Source: Gemmatimonadaceae bacterium
GTDB taxonomy: Bacteria; Gemmatimonadota; Gemmatimonadetes; Gemmatimonadales; Gemmatimonadaceae
Assembly: GCA_040901985.1 (NCBI GenBank)
Contig: JBBDYC010000008.1
Coordinates: 16,490-80,489 of the forward strand
DNA: 64,000 bases
Direction of reading: 5' to 3'
The notes under the pieces were generated by a model. The model saw only the letters and a program-made list of their open reading frames with translations. It ran no database searches and had not been told where the DNA came from. The translations under genes and the position numbers were made by a program. Within the stretch, counting starts at the first letter, position 1; the number at the start of each line of letters is the position of its first letter. Of the stretch, positions 21,895 to 32,083 are shown in pieces.

Positions 21895-23066
21895 GCGGCC
21901 CGCTCGTCGTCTTCGGCACCTACGATCCGCAAAAACAGCGCGCACGCATTCTCCTCGAGGGGCTGCGGCAACTTGGCGTCACCCTGCACGAGGTGAATGT
22001 CCCGACCTGGGCGGGCGTGCGCGACAAGGGCACCCTCACCGCGCGTGAGAAGTTCGGCGCCGGCCTCCGGATGCTCGCCGCGTTCCCGCAGCTCGTCGTG
22101 CGCTACCTGCGGGCGCCGTCGCACACGATGGTGCTTGTGCCGTATCCGGGCGTGTTCGAGGTGCTGTTGCTGCTGCCCTTTGCCGCGGCGCGCGGCGCGG
22201 CCATCACCTGGGACCTCTTCATCTCGCCCTGGGACACGCTGGTGAACGATCGGCGCACGCAGTCGGCGGCGCACCCGGTGTCGCTGCTGCTCTATGCGTG
22301 CGAGTGGATCGCCGCGCGCGCGGTCGCGCACCTCTTTCTCGACACGCAGGCGCACGCGCGGCGCTTTGAGCGGTTGATGGGGCTCGAGCCCGGTCGCGTG
22401 GGCGCGGCGCCGCTCGGGACCGACCCCAACCGATTTCCGCGCCGGACGCGCCAGCGGTCGGCGGAAGGCCCGCTGCGGCTTCTCTTCTACGGGCAGTTCA
22501 TTCCGCTCCACGGGCTCGAGACGATCATTCGCGCGGCGGCACTGCTCGAGGAGCGTGGCGTGCGCGTGGACTGGCGACTCGTCGGCGCCGGGCAGGAGGA
22601 ACCGCGCGTCGCGGCGCTGATCGCGCAACTGGGCGTGCGCACGGTGACCCGGCTCGGCTGGGTGCCGGCCGAGGAGCTGCCGGCGCTGATCTACGACTGC
22701 GACTACGGCCTCGGGATCTTCGGCGTCTCCGACAAGGCGCTCACCGTGGTGCCGAACAAGGTCTACGAGCTCGCCGCCACGCAGACGCCGATCATCACGG
22801 GCAACACGCCGGCGATGCGCGAGTTCGCGCCGGGCCACCCGATGATCCACCTCGTGCCGCCGGGCGACCCGGCCGCGCTCGCCGACTGCGTCGAGCGCCT
22901 GGGCAAGGCGCGCCAGTCGCTGGCCGTGCCATCGTCGTCGCCTACACTCCCGCCCCAGCCGCCCTCGCCACCGCCGCTGCCGGTGATCGGCCCGCGCGAG
23001 GTCGCTGCCGCCGCGCTCCGCGTGATGGGTGTCGCCGCCGAGCATCCATTAGTCGGGGCCGCCTGA
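21888..23066 (+). CDS. Glycosyltransferase, GT4-like
   Basis: FYGQFIPLHGLE, LGIFG..KA..VVPNKVYE. Confidence 0.8.
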   Translation: MLSGPLVVFGTYDPQKQRARILLEGLRQLGVTLHEVNVPTWAGVRDKGTLTAREKFGAGLRMLAAFPQLVVRYLRAPSHTMVLVPYPGVFEVLLLLPFAAARGAAITWDLFISPWDTLVNDRRTQSAAHPVSLLLYACEWIAARAVAHLFLDTQAHARRFERLMGLEPGRVGAAPLGTDPNRFPRRTRQRSAEGPLRLLFYGQFIPLHGLETIIRAAALLEERGVRVDWRLVGAGQEEPRVAALIAQLGVRTVTRLGWVPAEELPALIYDCDYGLGIFGVSDKALTVVPNKVYELAATQTPIITGNTPAMREFAPGHPMIHLVPPGDPAALADCVERLGKARQSLAVPSSSPTLPPQPPSPPPLPVIGPREVAAAALRVMGVAAEHPLVGAA

Positions 23067-23869
23067 TGATGCCGTCACTCGACCCGCGCGTTACCGAGGA
23101 CCGCGACTTCGGCCGCACCGCCGTCGCGCTCGGCTGGGTCCCCGCGCCGCGCTTCCTGCTCCGTCGCGCAGTTGTCCTCGACGCGCTCAGCCGGCGACCC
23201 CGGGGCCGCGTCCTCGAGATTGGCTCCGGGGCCGGCACGTTGCTCGCCGACCTCCACCACGCCGGCTTCACCGCCGAGGCGGTCGAGACGAGCGCCGAGG
23301 CGCGCGAACTCTCGGCGGTCATCCTCTCCGACCTGCCGGCCGTCCGCGTCCACGCGTCGTTGCCGCAGGGCGAGGACGATCGGTTCGACTTCCTGCTCGC
23401 GTTCGAGGTCCTCGAGCACATCGCCGACGATGCCGCGGCGTTGCGCGACTGGGTGCGACTCCTCAGGCCCGGCGGGCGCGTCCTGCTCTCCGTCCCCGCG
23501 CACGCGAATCGTTGGACGGCGACCGACACCTGGGCCGGCCACGTCCGTCGCTACGACCGTCACGACCTCGTGCGGCTCGCCGAGTCGTGCGGCATTGAGG
23601 TGGAGCGCTGCGTGAACTATGGGTTCCCGTTGAGCAACCTGATTGAGCCCGTGAACGCCTGGGCGCACGCGTGGGCGCTCAAACGGTCGGCGTCGCGCGA
23701 TGACCGGAGCGCCGAGAGTGGCGTGCGGCGGACGATGGAGACGCGCCTCTTTCCGCTGATGACGTTTCTGCCCGGGCGCCTGGCGATGCGCGCCGCGATC
23801 GGCGTTCAGGGCTGGTTCGGCAACACCGAGTGGGGCAATGGCTTCGTCCTCGAGGGAATCAAACTGTGA
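23066..23869 (+). CDS. Class I SAM-dependent methyltransferase
   Basis: VLEIGSGAG, FEVLEHI, LLRPGG, GHVRRY. Confidence 0.85.
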   Translation: MMPSLDPRVTEDRDFGRTAVALGWVPAPRFLLRRAVVLDALSRRPRGRVLEIGSGAGTLLADLHHAGFTAEAVETSAEARELSAVILSDLPAVRVHASLPQGEDDRFDFLLAFEVLEHIADDAAALRDWVRLLRPGGRVLLSVPAHANRWTATDTWAGHVRRYDRHDLVRLAESCGIEVERCVNYGFPLSNLIEPVNAWAHAWALKRSASRDDRSAESGVRRTMETRLFPLMTFLPGRLAMRAAIGVQGWFGNTEWGNGFVLEGIKL

Positions 23870-25827
23870 TGTTCAGCGACCCGCGCGTCGGGCTTCCGCT
23901 CGTCCTCCACCACCTCGTCGCGATTGGTGCGGCAACACTCCTCACCCTCCTGCACGTCGCGCTCGGCGCGCGCCTCTGGCGCCTGATGGGCGGCGGCGGG
24001 GCAGGGGAGCCCGGCCAGCGCTGGCCGGTGAACGCCGCGCTCGGCGTCGGCGTGCTGGGGACGTTGCTGCTCGTGCTCGGCGCCGTCCGTCTCCTTCACT
24101 CACCGGTCGTGCTGGTGGTGACCGCCGCGCTCGGCGTGGTGGTCTGGCCCGAGTTGCGCCGAACCGCCGCCGAGTTCGCCGACGGACTCCGCACCGGGTG
24201 GGGGATCGCGAGGGAGCTGCGGCCGGCGCGCGCGCTGCTCGCCTTGGTCGTCGTGCTCCTGCTGGCGGGCGCCGTGGCGCCGCCCACCGAGTGGGACTCG
24301 CTGATGTATCATCTGCGCGAGCCGCTGCGCGCGCTCGAGGCCGGCCGTATCATCCTGCCGCCCGACTCGTTCCACGTCGCGCTGATCGGCGTCGCGCAGT
24401 TTGCGACGCTCCCGCTCCTTGCGGCGGGCATTCTCGTCGGGCCGGCCCTGATGCAGGTGGCGGCAATCCTCCTGCTGATGCTCGGCACACTCGCCCTCGC
24501 GCGCGCCGTCGGTGTGGAGCGGAACGCGGCGTGGTACGCGCTCCCGGTGCTCCTCGGCTGCCCGATGATCATCCTCGTCGGGATCACCGCGCGCGTGGAC
24601 GTGACGCTGATGCTGATGCTGCTGGCGGCGCACCTCGTGCTGCTCGACGCGTGGAAGCAGGAACGACCGCGCGAGGTGTTGATTGCCGCGGTGATCATTG
24701 GCTTCGCGGTCGGCATCAAGCCACAGGCGGGCGCGTACGCCCTGGCCCTCATCCCGCTCGGCCTCGTGGCGGCGCGGCGGATGCCGCTGGCGATTGGCGC
24801 CGCGGCGCTGGCGATCGTGGTATTCCTGCCGTGGGCGGTGAAGAACCAACTCCTCGTCGGCGCCGCGTTCTATCCGAAGGGCTCGCCGGGGTGGTTCGAG
24901 CCCTGGATCGCCGAGTTGTACGGCTCGAAGGTGCCGCCGCCGTACGTGGACCAGTCGGTGCTCGACGTCCTCCCCGAGGGGCGCGCCGAGTTCAACATCC
25001 TCGACGCCTTCCGCAATCCGTCGCGGCTGACGATCGAGGGAGAGGGCGTGAACTACGAGCTCTCGCCGGCGCTGATGCTCGTGCCGTTGATCCTCCTCCG
25101 CTGGCGGCAGCGGCGCGACGTGCTCGCGCTCGCCGCCGTGGCATTGATCTACGCGGCGCTGGTGGTCGTGCCGTTCGGCCGGATCAACCTGCGCTACCTG
25201 ATGCCCGCGCTCCCGGCGCTTGCGGTGACCGTAGCGGCACTGATCGAGCCGACGACGCCGCGCTTCAGGGGCGTCACGCGCTCTGTCTGGATTGCCGCGG
25301 TCGCCACGCTGGCGTTGTTGCCGTTCGGGAAGGCGACCTGGGATCGCTTCCTCAAGCGGCCGGTGCTGATTGCCCACGCGGTCGGGTACGCGCCGGCGCG
25401 GCAGGTCTGGACGCTCCATCCCGACTACACGCCGCGTATCCTCGCCGAGGCGATAGAGGCCACACAGGACCACGTTCCACTCGACGGAAAGATCCTCCTG
25501 CTCTTCGAATCGCGCGGACTGGCCTTTGAGCGCGACGTGCTGGCCGACGTGATGCTCTCGAACTTCAGTTACCTCGAGCAGTCGCCGGCCGCGGCAAGCT
25601 GCCTTGCCGGGTCGGGAATCACCCACGTCGTGATCAACAAATCGTCGGCGCGCTACTACGTGATGCGCGGCGGCGATCCCCTGAAGATGCGCCTCGACCG
25701 TCTCGCCGCGTTTCGCGACCGCTGCCTCGACCCGGTGATGCAGCACAGCCCCGAGTTCGAGTTCTGGCACCTGCGCGCCACACCGCGCGAGTTGCCGCCG
25801 GCGCCGCCGCCGCCGCCGACGGGGTGA
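23869..25827 (+). CDS. Polytopic membrane protein, GT-C-like glycosyltransferase candidate
   Basis: More than 10 TMs; PPTEWDSLMYHL loop, RYLMP. Confidence 0.55.
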   Translation: MFSDPRVGLPLVLHHLVAIGAATLLTLLHVALGARLWRLMGGGGAGEPGQRWPVNAALGVGVLGTLLLVLGAVRLLHSPVVLVVTAALGVVVWPELRRTAAEFADGLRTGWGIARELRPARALLALVVVLLLAGAVAPPTEWDSLMYHLREPLRALEAGRIILPPDSFHVALIGVAQFATLPLLAAGILVGPALMQVAAILLLMLGTLALARAVGVERNAAWYALPVLLGCPMIILVGITARVDVTLMLMLLAAHLVLLDAWKQERPREVLIAAVIIGFAVGIKPQAGAYALALIPLGLVAARRMPLAIGAAALAIVVFLPWAVKNQLLVGAAFYPKGSPGWFEPWIAELYGSKVPPPYVDQSVLDVLPEGRAEFNILDAFRNPSRLTIEGEGVNYELSPALMLVPLILLRWRQRRDVLALAAVALIYAALVVVPFGRINLRYLMPALPALAVTVAALIEPTTPRFRGVTRSVWIAAVATLALLPFGKATWDRFLKRPVLIAHAVGYAPARQVWTLHPDYTPRILAEAIEATQDHVPLDGKILLLFESRGLAFERDVLADVMLSNFSYLEQSPAAASCLAGSGITHVVINKSSARYYVMRGGDPLKMRLDRLAAFRDRCLDPVMQHSPEFEFWHLRATPRELPPAPPPPPTG

Positions 25828-26877
25828 TCAGCGGGCCAGTCGTCCCGCGCGGCGCGCCGCCTCGGCCTCCTCCGCCCAGAATGAGTAGAGCCCGCGGGTG
25901 ATCTCGATCTTCTCGAATCGGCTCGGGTCGCGCTTGCCCACCGCCTTGGCCCACTCCGCCATCCGGCCGATCCCCTCGGCGAGCCCCACGTTCTTCTGGA
26001 GGTCGCCGAAGAGCGAGGCGCAGACGTCGTGCGAGGTCCAGGCGTGCTTCACCTCGTGGCGCGACTCGAGGTGCTTGACCTTCGGGTCCACGCCCATCGC
26101 GCGGGCCACCGTCTGCGCCATCTCGAGGATCGTGTACGGCTGGTCGGCGCCGACGTTGATGATCCTCTGAAAGGCGGCGGGGCGCTCGACCGCCGCCGCG
26201 ATGATCGGCGCCACGTCGGTGATGTACGAAAAGGCGCGCGTCTGCAGTCCGTCGCCGTACACGCTCATCGGCTCGCCGCGCATCGCCTGGTTCATGAAGA
26301 TGCCGATCACATTGCGGTAGCGGTCGGCGATGTTCTGCCGCTCGCCATAGACGTTGTGCGGGCGGAAAATCACGTACGGCAGGCCGAACATCGCGTGCGC
26401 CTGCGCGAGGTCGAGCTCCACCGCGAACTTGGCGATCCCGTACGGATCCTCTGGGCGTGGGGCCATCTCCTCCGTCATCGGCACCTGGCCCGACCCGTAC
26501 ACCGCCAGCGACGAGGTGAACACGAAGCACTTCACCGTCCCCGCATTCACCGCCGCGTTGATCAACACGACGCTGCCGAGGAGGTTGTTGCTGTAGTTGA
26601 AGCCGCGGATGAACGGGCTCAGGCCCTCGGCCGCGTAGGCGGCGAGGTGATACACATAGTCGAAGCGGTGCTTGGCAAAGAGTCGCTCCACGAGCGCCAC
26701 GTCGTTCACCGAGCCTTCGACGAACTCGGCGCCGTTGGGCACGTTCTCCCGGTAGCCGCCCGAGAGGTCGTCGAGCGCAACCACCGTGTGGCCGCGCGCG
26801 AGAAGGTGTTCAGCGACGTGCGAGCCGATGAATCCACCGGCACCGGTGACGAGCGAGACAGGGTTCTTAGCGGTCAT
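25828..26877 (-). CDS. NAD-dependent sugar epimerase/dehydratase
   Basis: VTGAGGFIGSH, YGIAK, NVYG; ATG 26877. Confidence 0.9.
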   Translation of the reverse strand: MTAKNPVSLVTGAGGFIGSHVAEHLLARGHTVVALDDLSGGYRENVPNGAEFVEGSVNDVALVERLFAKHRFDYVYHLAAYAAEGLSPFIRGFNYSNNLLGSVVLINAAVNAGTVKCFVFTSSLAVYGSGQVPMTEEMAPRPEDPYGIAKFAVELDLAQAHAMFGLPYVIFRPHNVYGERQNIADRYRNVIGIFMNQAMRGEPMSVYGDGLQTRAFSYITDVAPIIAAAVERPAAFQRIINVGADQPYTILEMAQTVARAMGVDPKVKHLESRHEVKHAWTSHDVCASLFGDLQKNVGLAEGIGRMAEWAKAVGKRDPSRFEKIEITRGLYSFWAEEAEAARRAGRLAR

Positions 26878-26972
26878 TCGGCAGGTTGTGATTGGCCGTT
26901 CAATATAGGAGTGATCGAGATTGACGACGGGGTAGGGCACTTTGGCAGCCAGAATCAGGTTACAGTCTGCTA

Positions 26973-27037
26973 TTGCGTGCGTAGATATAATACTATAGCA
27001 TTATAAGTAACGACAACTCATAAGGCTATAGCATTAT
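26973..27037 (+). promoter_or_regulatory. Promoter with repeated operator-like 12-mer
   Basis: TTGCGT-N17-TAGCAT; CTATAGCATTAT at 26993 and 27026. Confidence 0.5.
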
Positions 27038-27512
27038 GAAAAAACCAGAGAAGAGAACCAACAAGTCCTCGGGCTCGCTTGAACTGCAGCGAAAGCAACT
27101 TGATGCACGGCTCAGCGACCTGCCTCCCTTGGCATCTCCGAGCGGAGGTTGGATTCGAACCGTTCGCCAATCGCTGGGGATGACGATGAAGCAGCTGGGA
27201 GCGCGTCTTGGAATGTCGCCGCAATCCGTGCTTGATCTGGAGGCCAGGGAGAGGAGTGAGACAATCTCATTGGCGAAACTCCGGCAGGCGGCCGAGGCGC
27301 TCAACTGTGAATTGCAGGTGGCGTTCGTTCCAAGGCCCTCGCTCGGGGAGACGATCCGACGACAGGCGGCGATGAAGGCGCGGGAGGAGCGGAATCGCCT
27401 AGTTCACACGATGCGTCTGGAAGCGCAGGACGCCGGGGTTGAGGAGGTGCTGGACGAGCGAAAGGCCACCGAGCGCTGGCTTTCCGAGCGCATACGAAGA
27501 CTCTGGGATTGA
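27036..27512 (+). CDS. Mobile mystery protein A (XRE HTH)
   Basis: PSGGWIRTVRQSLGMT..QLGARLG, AAEALNC, HTMRLEAQ, LWD end. Confidence 0.85.
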   Translation: MKKPEKRTNKSSGSLELQRKQLDARLSDLPPLASPSGGWIRTVRQSLGMTMKQLGARLGMSPQSVLDLEARERSETISLAKLRQAAEALNCELQVAFVPRPSLGETIRRQAAMKAREERNRLVHTMRLEAQDAGVEEVLDERKATERWLSERIRRLWD

Positions 27513-27515
27513 GCC

Positions 27516-28127
27516 GTGCGGCGCGACGAACCGACTGACGACCACGAGGAAGACGGAAACACGCCCCTCGAAGCGGACGAATCGGAGGAACTGATCCCTC
27601 CGCACCTGACGACACGGACGGAACTGAACCAGTGGGAGGTCCAGAACATTGGGCGCGCCATTGCTTGGGCCGGGGCGCGCAAGCCCAACGTCCTGGATCT
27701 GGCGTTCCTGCAGGAGCTGCACCGACGAATGTTCGACGAGACGTGGGAGTGGGCCGGCACATTCCGGACGTCCGATAAGAGCATCTCCCCGTACCACTGG
27801 GCGGACGTGCCGCGACTCGCGCACGACTTGATCGCGAATACGCTGGTCAGGTACGGGCACAGCGAGAAGTCGCCGAAGGAGCTGGACGAAATGGCGGTTC
27901 GCTTTCATCACGAGCTTGTTCGAATTCACCCGTGGCCGAATGGCAACGGACGGCACAGCCGGCTCGCGACCGATCTGCTGCTCCGCAGTTGGGGCAGGCC
28001 CCCATTCAGTTGGGGGAGTGCGGCGTATCCGACGAAGCGCGGCGAGAGCCGCGCCCTCTACATCGCCGCGTTGAGGGCCGCTGACGCCGGCAGATTCGAC
28101 GACCTGACTCGATTCGCGCGCGCCTGA
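27516..28127 (+). CDS. Mobile mystery protein B (Fic domain)
   Basis: TPL..ELIP..ELNQWE..W(E)WAG, HPWPNGNGRHSRL. Confidence 0.88.
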   Translation: MRRDEPTDDHEEDGNTPLEADESEELIPPHLTTRTELNQWEVQNIGRAIAWAGARKPNVLDLAFLQELHRRMFDETWEWAGTFRTSDKSISPYHWADVPRLAHDLIANTLVRYGHSEKSPKELDEMAVRFHHELVRIHPWPNGNGRHSRLATDLLLRSWGRPPFSWGSAAYPTKRGESRALYIAALRAADAGRFDDLTRFARA

Positions 28128-28163
28128 GGGCAGGTGCCCGGGCGCGCAGTTATCATCAGGGCG

Positions 28164-29144
28164 ATGCACTCCCCGGCCACCGACCAGCCCCGCTCCTCGC
28201 TGCGCCTTGCGCTGCCCGCGCTGCTCTCGCTGGTGCTCGTGGCCGTCGCAGTCGGCTGGTTCGCCGACCGTTGGGCAGCGGTCGCGGCGACGGGTGAACG
28301 ACCGGCAGTGGCGTGGCCCTGGCTCGCCCTCGCGGCGGTGCTCCTCGTGGCGCACGCCTTCACCGCGCTGGCAATCTGGCATCGCGCGATGCGCGCAATC
28401 GGTGCCGTCTTCCCCTGGCGCACCTCGCTCGACCTCTTTGCGCCGTCGCTCCTCGCGCGCTACGTGCCGGGGAAGATCTGGGCCAACGCGCTGCGCCTTG
28501 CGCTGAGCCGGCGCGCCGGCGTGCGGCTCGGCGCCACCACCGGCGCGATTGTCTGGGAGACGATCATCGGGCTCGGCACCGCGGGCGTTGTCGCGCTGGC
28601 CGCGCTGAGCGGCGGGCCCGACAGCCGCCCCCGGAACGCCGCCGCGCTCCTGCTGGCCATCACCGCCACCATTTGGATCGTGGCGCGGCTGGCCGTCCGC
28701 CACCCACGCGGCGCCGCGCTTCTTGCGCGATTTGGGTCCGCCGAACTCCTGCGGGCGCCATCGGCGCTGGCGCGAGCGGTGCCGTACGCGCTCGTCGGAT
28801 GGTTCGCATATGGACTCGCGCACCTCGCCATTGCGCGCGCCGTTGCGCCGGTGACCGGCGCCGACCTGCCGCTGGTGATGGGCGCCGTGGCGCTCGCCTG
28901 GGCCGGCGGCTACCTCGCCTTTGTGATGCCGGTTGGGCTCGGCGTGCGCGACGGGCTGCTGCTTGTGCTCCTCGCGCCGCTGCTGGAGCCAGCGGCGGCG
29001 CTGCTCTTCGTTGCCCTCGGCCGGCTGGTCCAGCTCGCCGTGGACGCCGCCCTCACCGGCGTCTGGCTGATCAGCGCGGCGGCGCGCCGGAGGTATTCGT
29101 CGGCGCCGTCGCCGCCGGCAAAGCCGACCGCTCCATCCGCCTGA
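28164..29144 (+). CDS. YbhN/lysylphosphatidylglycerol-synthase TM-like protein (flippase candidate)
   Basis: ARYVPGKIW, PVGLGVRDG. Confidence 0.7.
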   Translation: MHSPATDQPRSSLRLALPALLSLVLVAVAVGWFADRWAAVAATGERPAVAWPWLALAAVLLVAHAFTALAIWHRAMRAIGAVFPWRTSLDLFAPSLLARYVPGKIWANALRLALSRRAGVRLGATTGAIVWETIIGLGTAGVVALAALSGGPDSRPRNAAALLLAITATIWIVARLAVRHPRGAALLARFGSAELLRAPSALARAVPYALVGWFAYGLAHLAIARAVAPVTGADLPLVMGAVALAWAGGYLAFVMPVGLGVRDGLLLVLLAPLLEPAAALLFVALGRLVQLAVDAALTGVWLISAAARRRYSSAPSPPAKPTAPSA

Positions 29145-30078
29145 GCCGCCACTCGACGTCCTCGAGCAGTTGCCGGTTCACCGCGATGAGATCGGCGAGG
29201 AGTCCCACGACAATCAAGAAGAGCCCGACCCCGGTCAGCATCGCGCCGATGACCACCGACTGGATATGCCCGGCGCCGCCTTCGGTGAAGTAGAACCAGA
29301 CGAACCGCAACAGCGCCGAGCCGCCGACGACGAGGGCGAGGAGCCCGGGGATCGCGAAGAAGCGGAACGGCTTGTAGGTCACGAAGACCCGCAGCAGCAC
29401 GTTCAGCTGCCGCAGCACGTAGCCGGTGTTGCTGCGCGCCAGCCGCGACGGCCGTGTCGGGGGATTCACCGCCACCGGGACCGAGAGCACCGTCATCCCC
29501 TTCCGGCCGGCCTGGATGATCGTCTCGACCGTGTAGGTGAAGCGATTGAAGACGTGCAGCCGCATCGCCGCCTCGGCGCTCATCGCGCGGAAGCCGCTCG
29601 GCGCGTCGGCGATCTTCGTCCCGCTGGCGACGCGCGTCGCGAGGCTCCCCAGCTTCTGGAGGAGCTTCTTGAGCGGCGAGAACGAGGCGATCGTCTCCAC
29701 CGGTCGGGCGCCGACGACGATGTCCGCGCGCCCGTCGAGGATTGGCGCGACGAGCGCGGCGATGTCGGCCCCGCGGTACTGGTGGTCGCCGTCGGTGTTC
29801 ACCACCACGTCGGCGTCGAGCGCGACCGCGCGGTCGAGGCCGGCGAGAAAGGCGCGCGCCAACCCGCGCTGGACCGGCAGCCGCAGCAGCTGCGCCCCGT
29901 GCGCGCGCGCAATCTCCGCCGTCCGGTCCGTGCTCCCGTCGTCAATCACCAGCGTGACGATCCGCTCGATCCCCGGGACCGACTTGGGAAGGTCGTCGAG
30001 CACCCGCGGGAGGATCTCCTCCTCGTTGTGGCAGGGGATCTGGATGACCAGCGTGCGCCCGGCGCCGGAGTGCGTCAC
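29071..30078 (-). CDS. GT2 glycosyltransferase with C-terminal TMs (polyprenol-phosphate type)
   Basis: IPCHNEE, IDDGSTD, NTDGDHQY, DAPSGFRA; GTG overlaps ggt stop. Confidence 0.85.
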   Translation of the reverse strand: MTHSGAGRTLVIQIPCHNEEEILPRVLDDLPKSVPGIERIVTLVIDDGSTDRTAEIARAHGAQLLRLPVQRGLARAFLAGLDRAVALDADVVVNTDGDHQYRGADIAALVAPILDGRADIVVGARPVETIASFSPLKKLLQKLGSLATRVASGTKIADAPSGFRAMSAEAAMRLHVFNRFTYTVETIIQAGRKGMTVLSVPVAVNPPTRPSRLARSNTGYVLRQLNVLLRVFVTYKPFRFFAIPGLLALVVGGSALLRFVWFYFTEGGAGHIQSVVIGAMLTGVGLFLIVVGLLADLIAVNRQLLEDVEWRLRRMERSALPAATAPTNTSGAPPR

Positions 30079-31991
30079 CACGCGATCCCGTAGTCCTCGC
30101 CGAAGTTGCTCGCCGCGCCCCACATCGTGCCGTGGCGGCGGTCGAGCCAGATCGCCGTGATCGGCCCCGAGGTGTAGCGGGCGAACTCGAGCGTGTAGCC
30201 GCGGCGCCGGAGGTCGTCGCGCACCCAGTCGGGGATCCGCTCGTTCAGCTGCAGCCGCCCCGGCCGCGCGACGTGCTCGCCGAAGCTCGTCCGCATCTGG
30301 TAGCTGTGGAACCCCGTGTGCTCCGCCGCCTGCTGCACCGTGAAGTTGAACTCCACCATCGAGAGGAAGAACTGCAGCAGGTCCTGGTCCTGCGTGTCCC
30401 CGCCCTGCACCGAGAACGCCATCCAGGGTTCGCCGTCCTTCATTGCGATGGTCGGCGTGAGCGTCACGCGCGGGCGCTTTCCCGGCTCGACGATGTTGTA
30501 CGGCCCATCCTCCGCGTCGAGCACGAAGCTTTGCATCCGCTGCGAGAGCCCGATCCCCGTGCGCCCCGCGATCACCGCCGGGTTCCATCCGCCGCTCGGC
30601 GTGATGGACACCAGCCACCCGTTCTTGTCGGCCGCCTGGATGCTCGTCGTGCCGCGCGTGAAGGCCTCGTCGAGCTCGGCGTCGCTCATCGGCGACGCGC
30701 GGCGCGCACTGTCGGGACGCGGGCCCGTCGTGGACCACCGCGCACGGAGCTCGCTGAACGGATTCGTTCCGCCCTGGAACGGGTAGGGATCGCCCGGCCG
30801 CACCGCCGGGTCGTTCCGGTCCTGGCTCATCATCCCCCAGCGCTGACGCGCGTACTCCTTGCTCATCAGCCCGGCCACCGGTTCCTCCGGCGGGAACGCC
30901 GGGTCGCCGTAATAGAAGTCGCGGTCAGCAAAGGCGAGGTTCATCGCCTGGTAGATCGTGTGGATGTACTGCGAGCTGTTGTAGCCCATTCCCTTCAGGT
31001 CCGCGTTCTCGAGGATGTTGAGTGCCTGAAGCAGCGCGGGCCCCTGTTGCCAGATCGGGAGCTTGTAGACTTGATAGCCGCGATAGGTGGTCGAGAGCGG
31101 CTCCTCGATCTTCACCCGCCAGTTGGCGAGGTCGGCCATCGTGAAGAGTCCGCCCTCCTCCTGCACCGCGCGCACGAGTTCGGTGGCGATGTCGCCCTTG
31201 TAGAAGCGGTCGTAGGCCGCGTAGATCGCTTCCTTGCGCGACTTCCGCTGGCGCAGCGCCAAGCGCTCCGTCTCGACCAGCTTGCGGAACGTCGCGGCGA
31301 GGTCGGGCTGCCGGAAGATCTCGCCCGGCCGCGGCGCCTCGCGGAGGGAATCGCCGAGGTGCGGGAGAAAGACGCCGGGGGAATGGCGCCACCCCTTGAT
31401 GCGCGCCTTCTGCGACTCGAGTCCGTTGGCCAGCTGCGCCTCGATCGGGTAGCCCTCCTCGGCCATCTGGATCGCCGGCGCCAATACCTGCGCGAGCGAC
31501 ATCGTCCCATACTCGGCGAGCATCACCATCATTCCGCCCGGCGTGCCGGGGGTGGTGGCGGCGAGCGGCCCGTACTCCGGCGGAAAACGCATCCCGCGCC
31601 CACGGAAGAACTCCGGCGTGGCGCCTGTGGGGGCGACGCCGAGTGCGTTGATGCCGATGACCTTCCTGAGGCCCGGGTGGTAGATCAGCGCCTGGGTCTC
31701 GCCGCCGCAGCCGATGGTGTCCCACATCGTACAGGCGGCGGCGAGCATCGCGACCGAGGCGTCAACGGCGTTGCCGCCCTGCTGGAAGATTGCCGCGCCG
31801 GCGGTCGCGGCGAGCGGCTTGCCGGTGACCGCCACCCAGTGGCGGCCGTGTAATTGTGGGCGTTCAGTCCGCTGGGCGAGCGGCGCGTCGAACGGGATGG
31901 CGAGGAGCGCGGCCAGGAAAGCAGCCGAGAGCCGCGCGAGTATGGCAGATGGGCGCAAAGGACGTGTGGTGAGAGACCCCTGAAGGTGCAC
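30075..31991 (-). CDS. ggt: Gamma-glutamyltransferase family
   Basis: GGNAVDA, AFADRD, GTTSIQAAD, PGKRP, GGDTQ. Confidence 0.85.
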   Translation of the reverse strand: MHLQGSLTTRPLRPSAILARLSAAFLAALLAIPFDAPLAQRTERPQLHGRHWVAVTGKPLAATAGAAIFQQGGNAVDASVAMLAAACTMWDTIGCGGETQALIYHPGLRKVIGINALGVAPTGATPEFFRGRGMRFPPEYGPLAATTPGTPGGMMVMLAEYGTMSLAQVLAPAIQMAEEGYPIEAQLANGLESQKARIKGWRHSPGVFLPHLGDSLREAPRPGEIFRQPDLAATFRKLVETERLALRQRKSRKEAIYAAYDRFYKGDIATELVRAVQEEGGLFTMADLANWRVKIEEPLSTTYRGYQVYKLPIWQQGPALLQALNILENADLKGMGYNSSQYIHTIYQAMNLAFADRDFYYGDPAFPPEEPVAGLMSKEYARQRWGMMSQDRNDPAVRPGDPYPFQGGTNPFSELRARWSTTGPRPDSARRASPMSDAELDEAFTRGTTSIQAADKNGWLVSITPSGGWNPAVIAGRTGIGLSQRMQSFVLDAEDGPYNIVEPGKRPRVTLTPTIAMKDGEPWMAFSVQGGDTQDQDLLQFFLSMVEFNFTVQQAAEHTGFHSYQMRTSFGEHVARPGRLQLNERIPDWVRDDLRRRGYTLEFARYTSGPITAIWLDRRHGTMWGAASNFGEDYGIAW

Positions 31992-32083
31992 TCGGGAGGA
32001 CGCGCTGGCTACGCGTCGGCCAGGGACCTCGGCGGGCTTCTCGGGTTATTTTGGAGGCACTTCATCCACTTGGGAGGTTCAGG

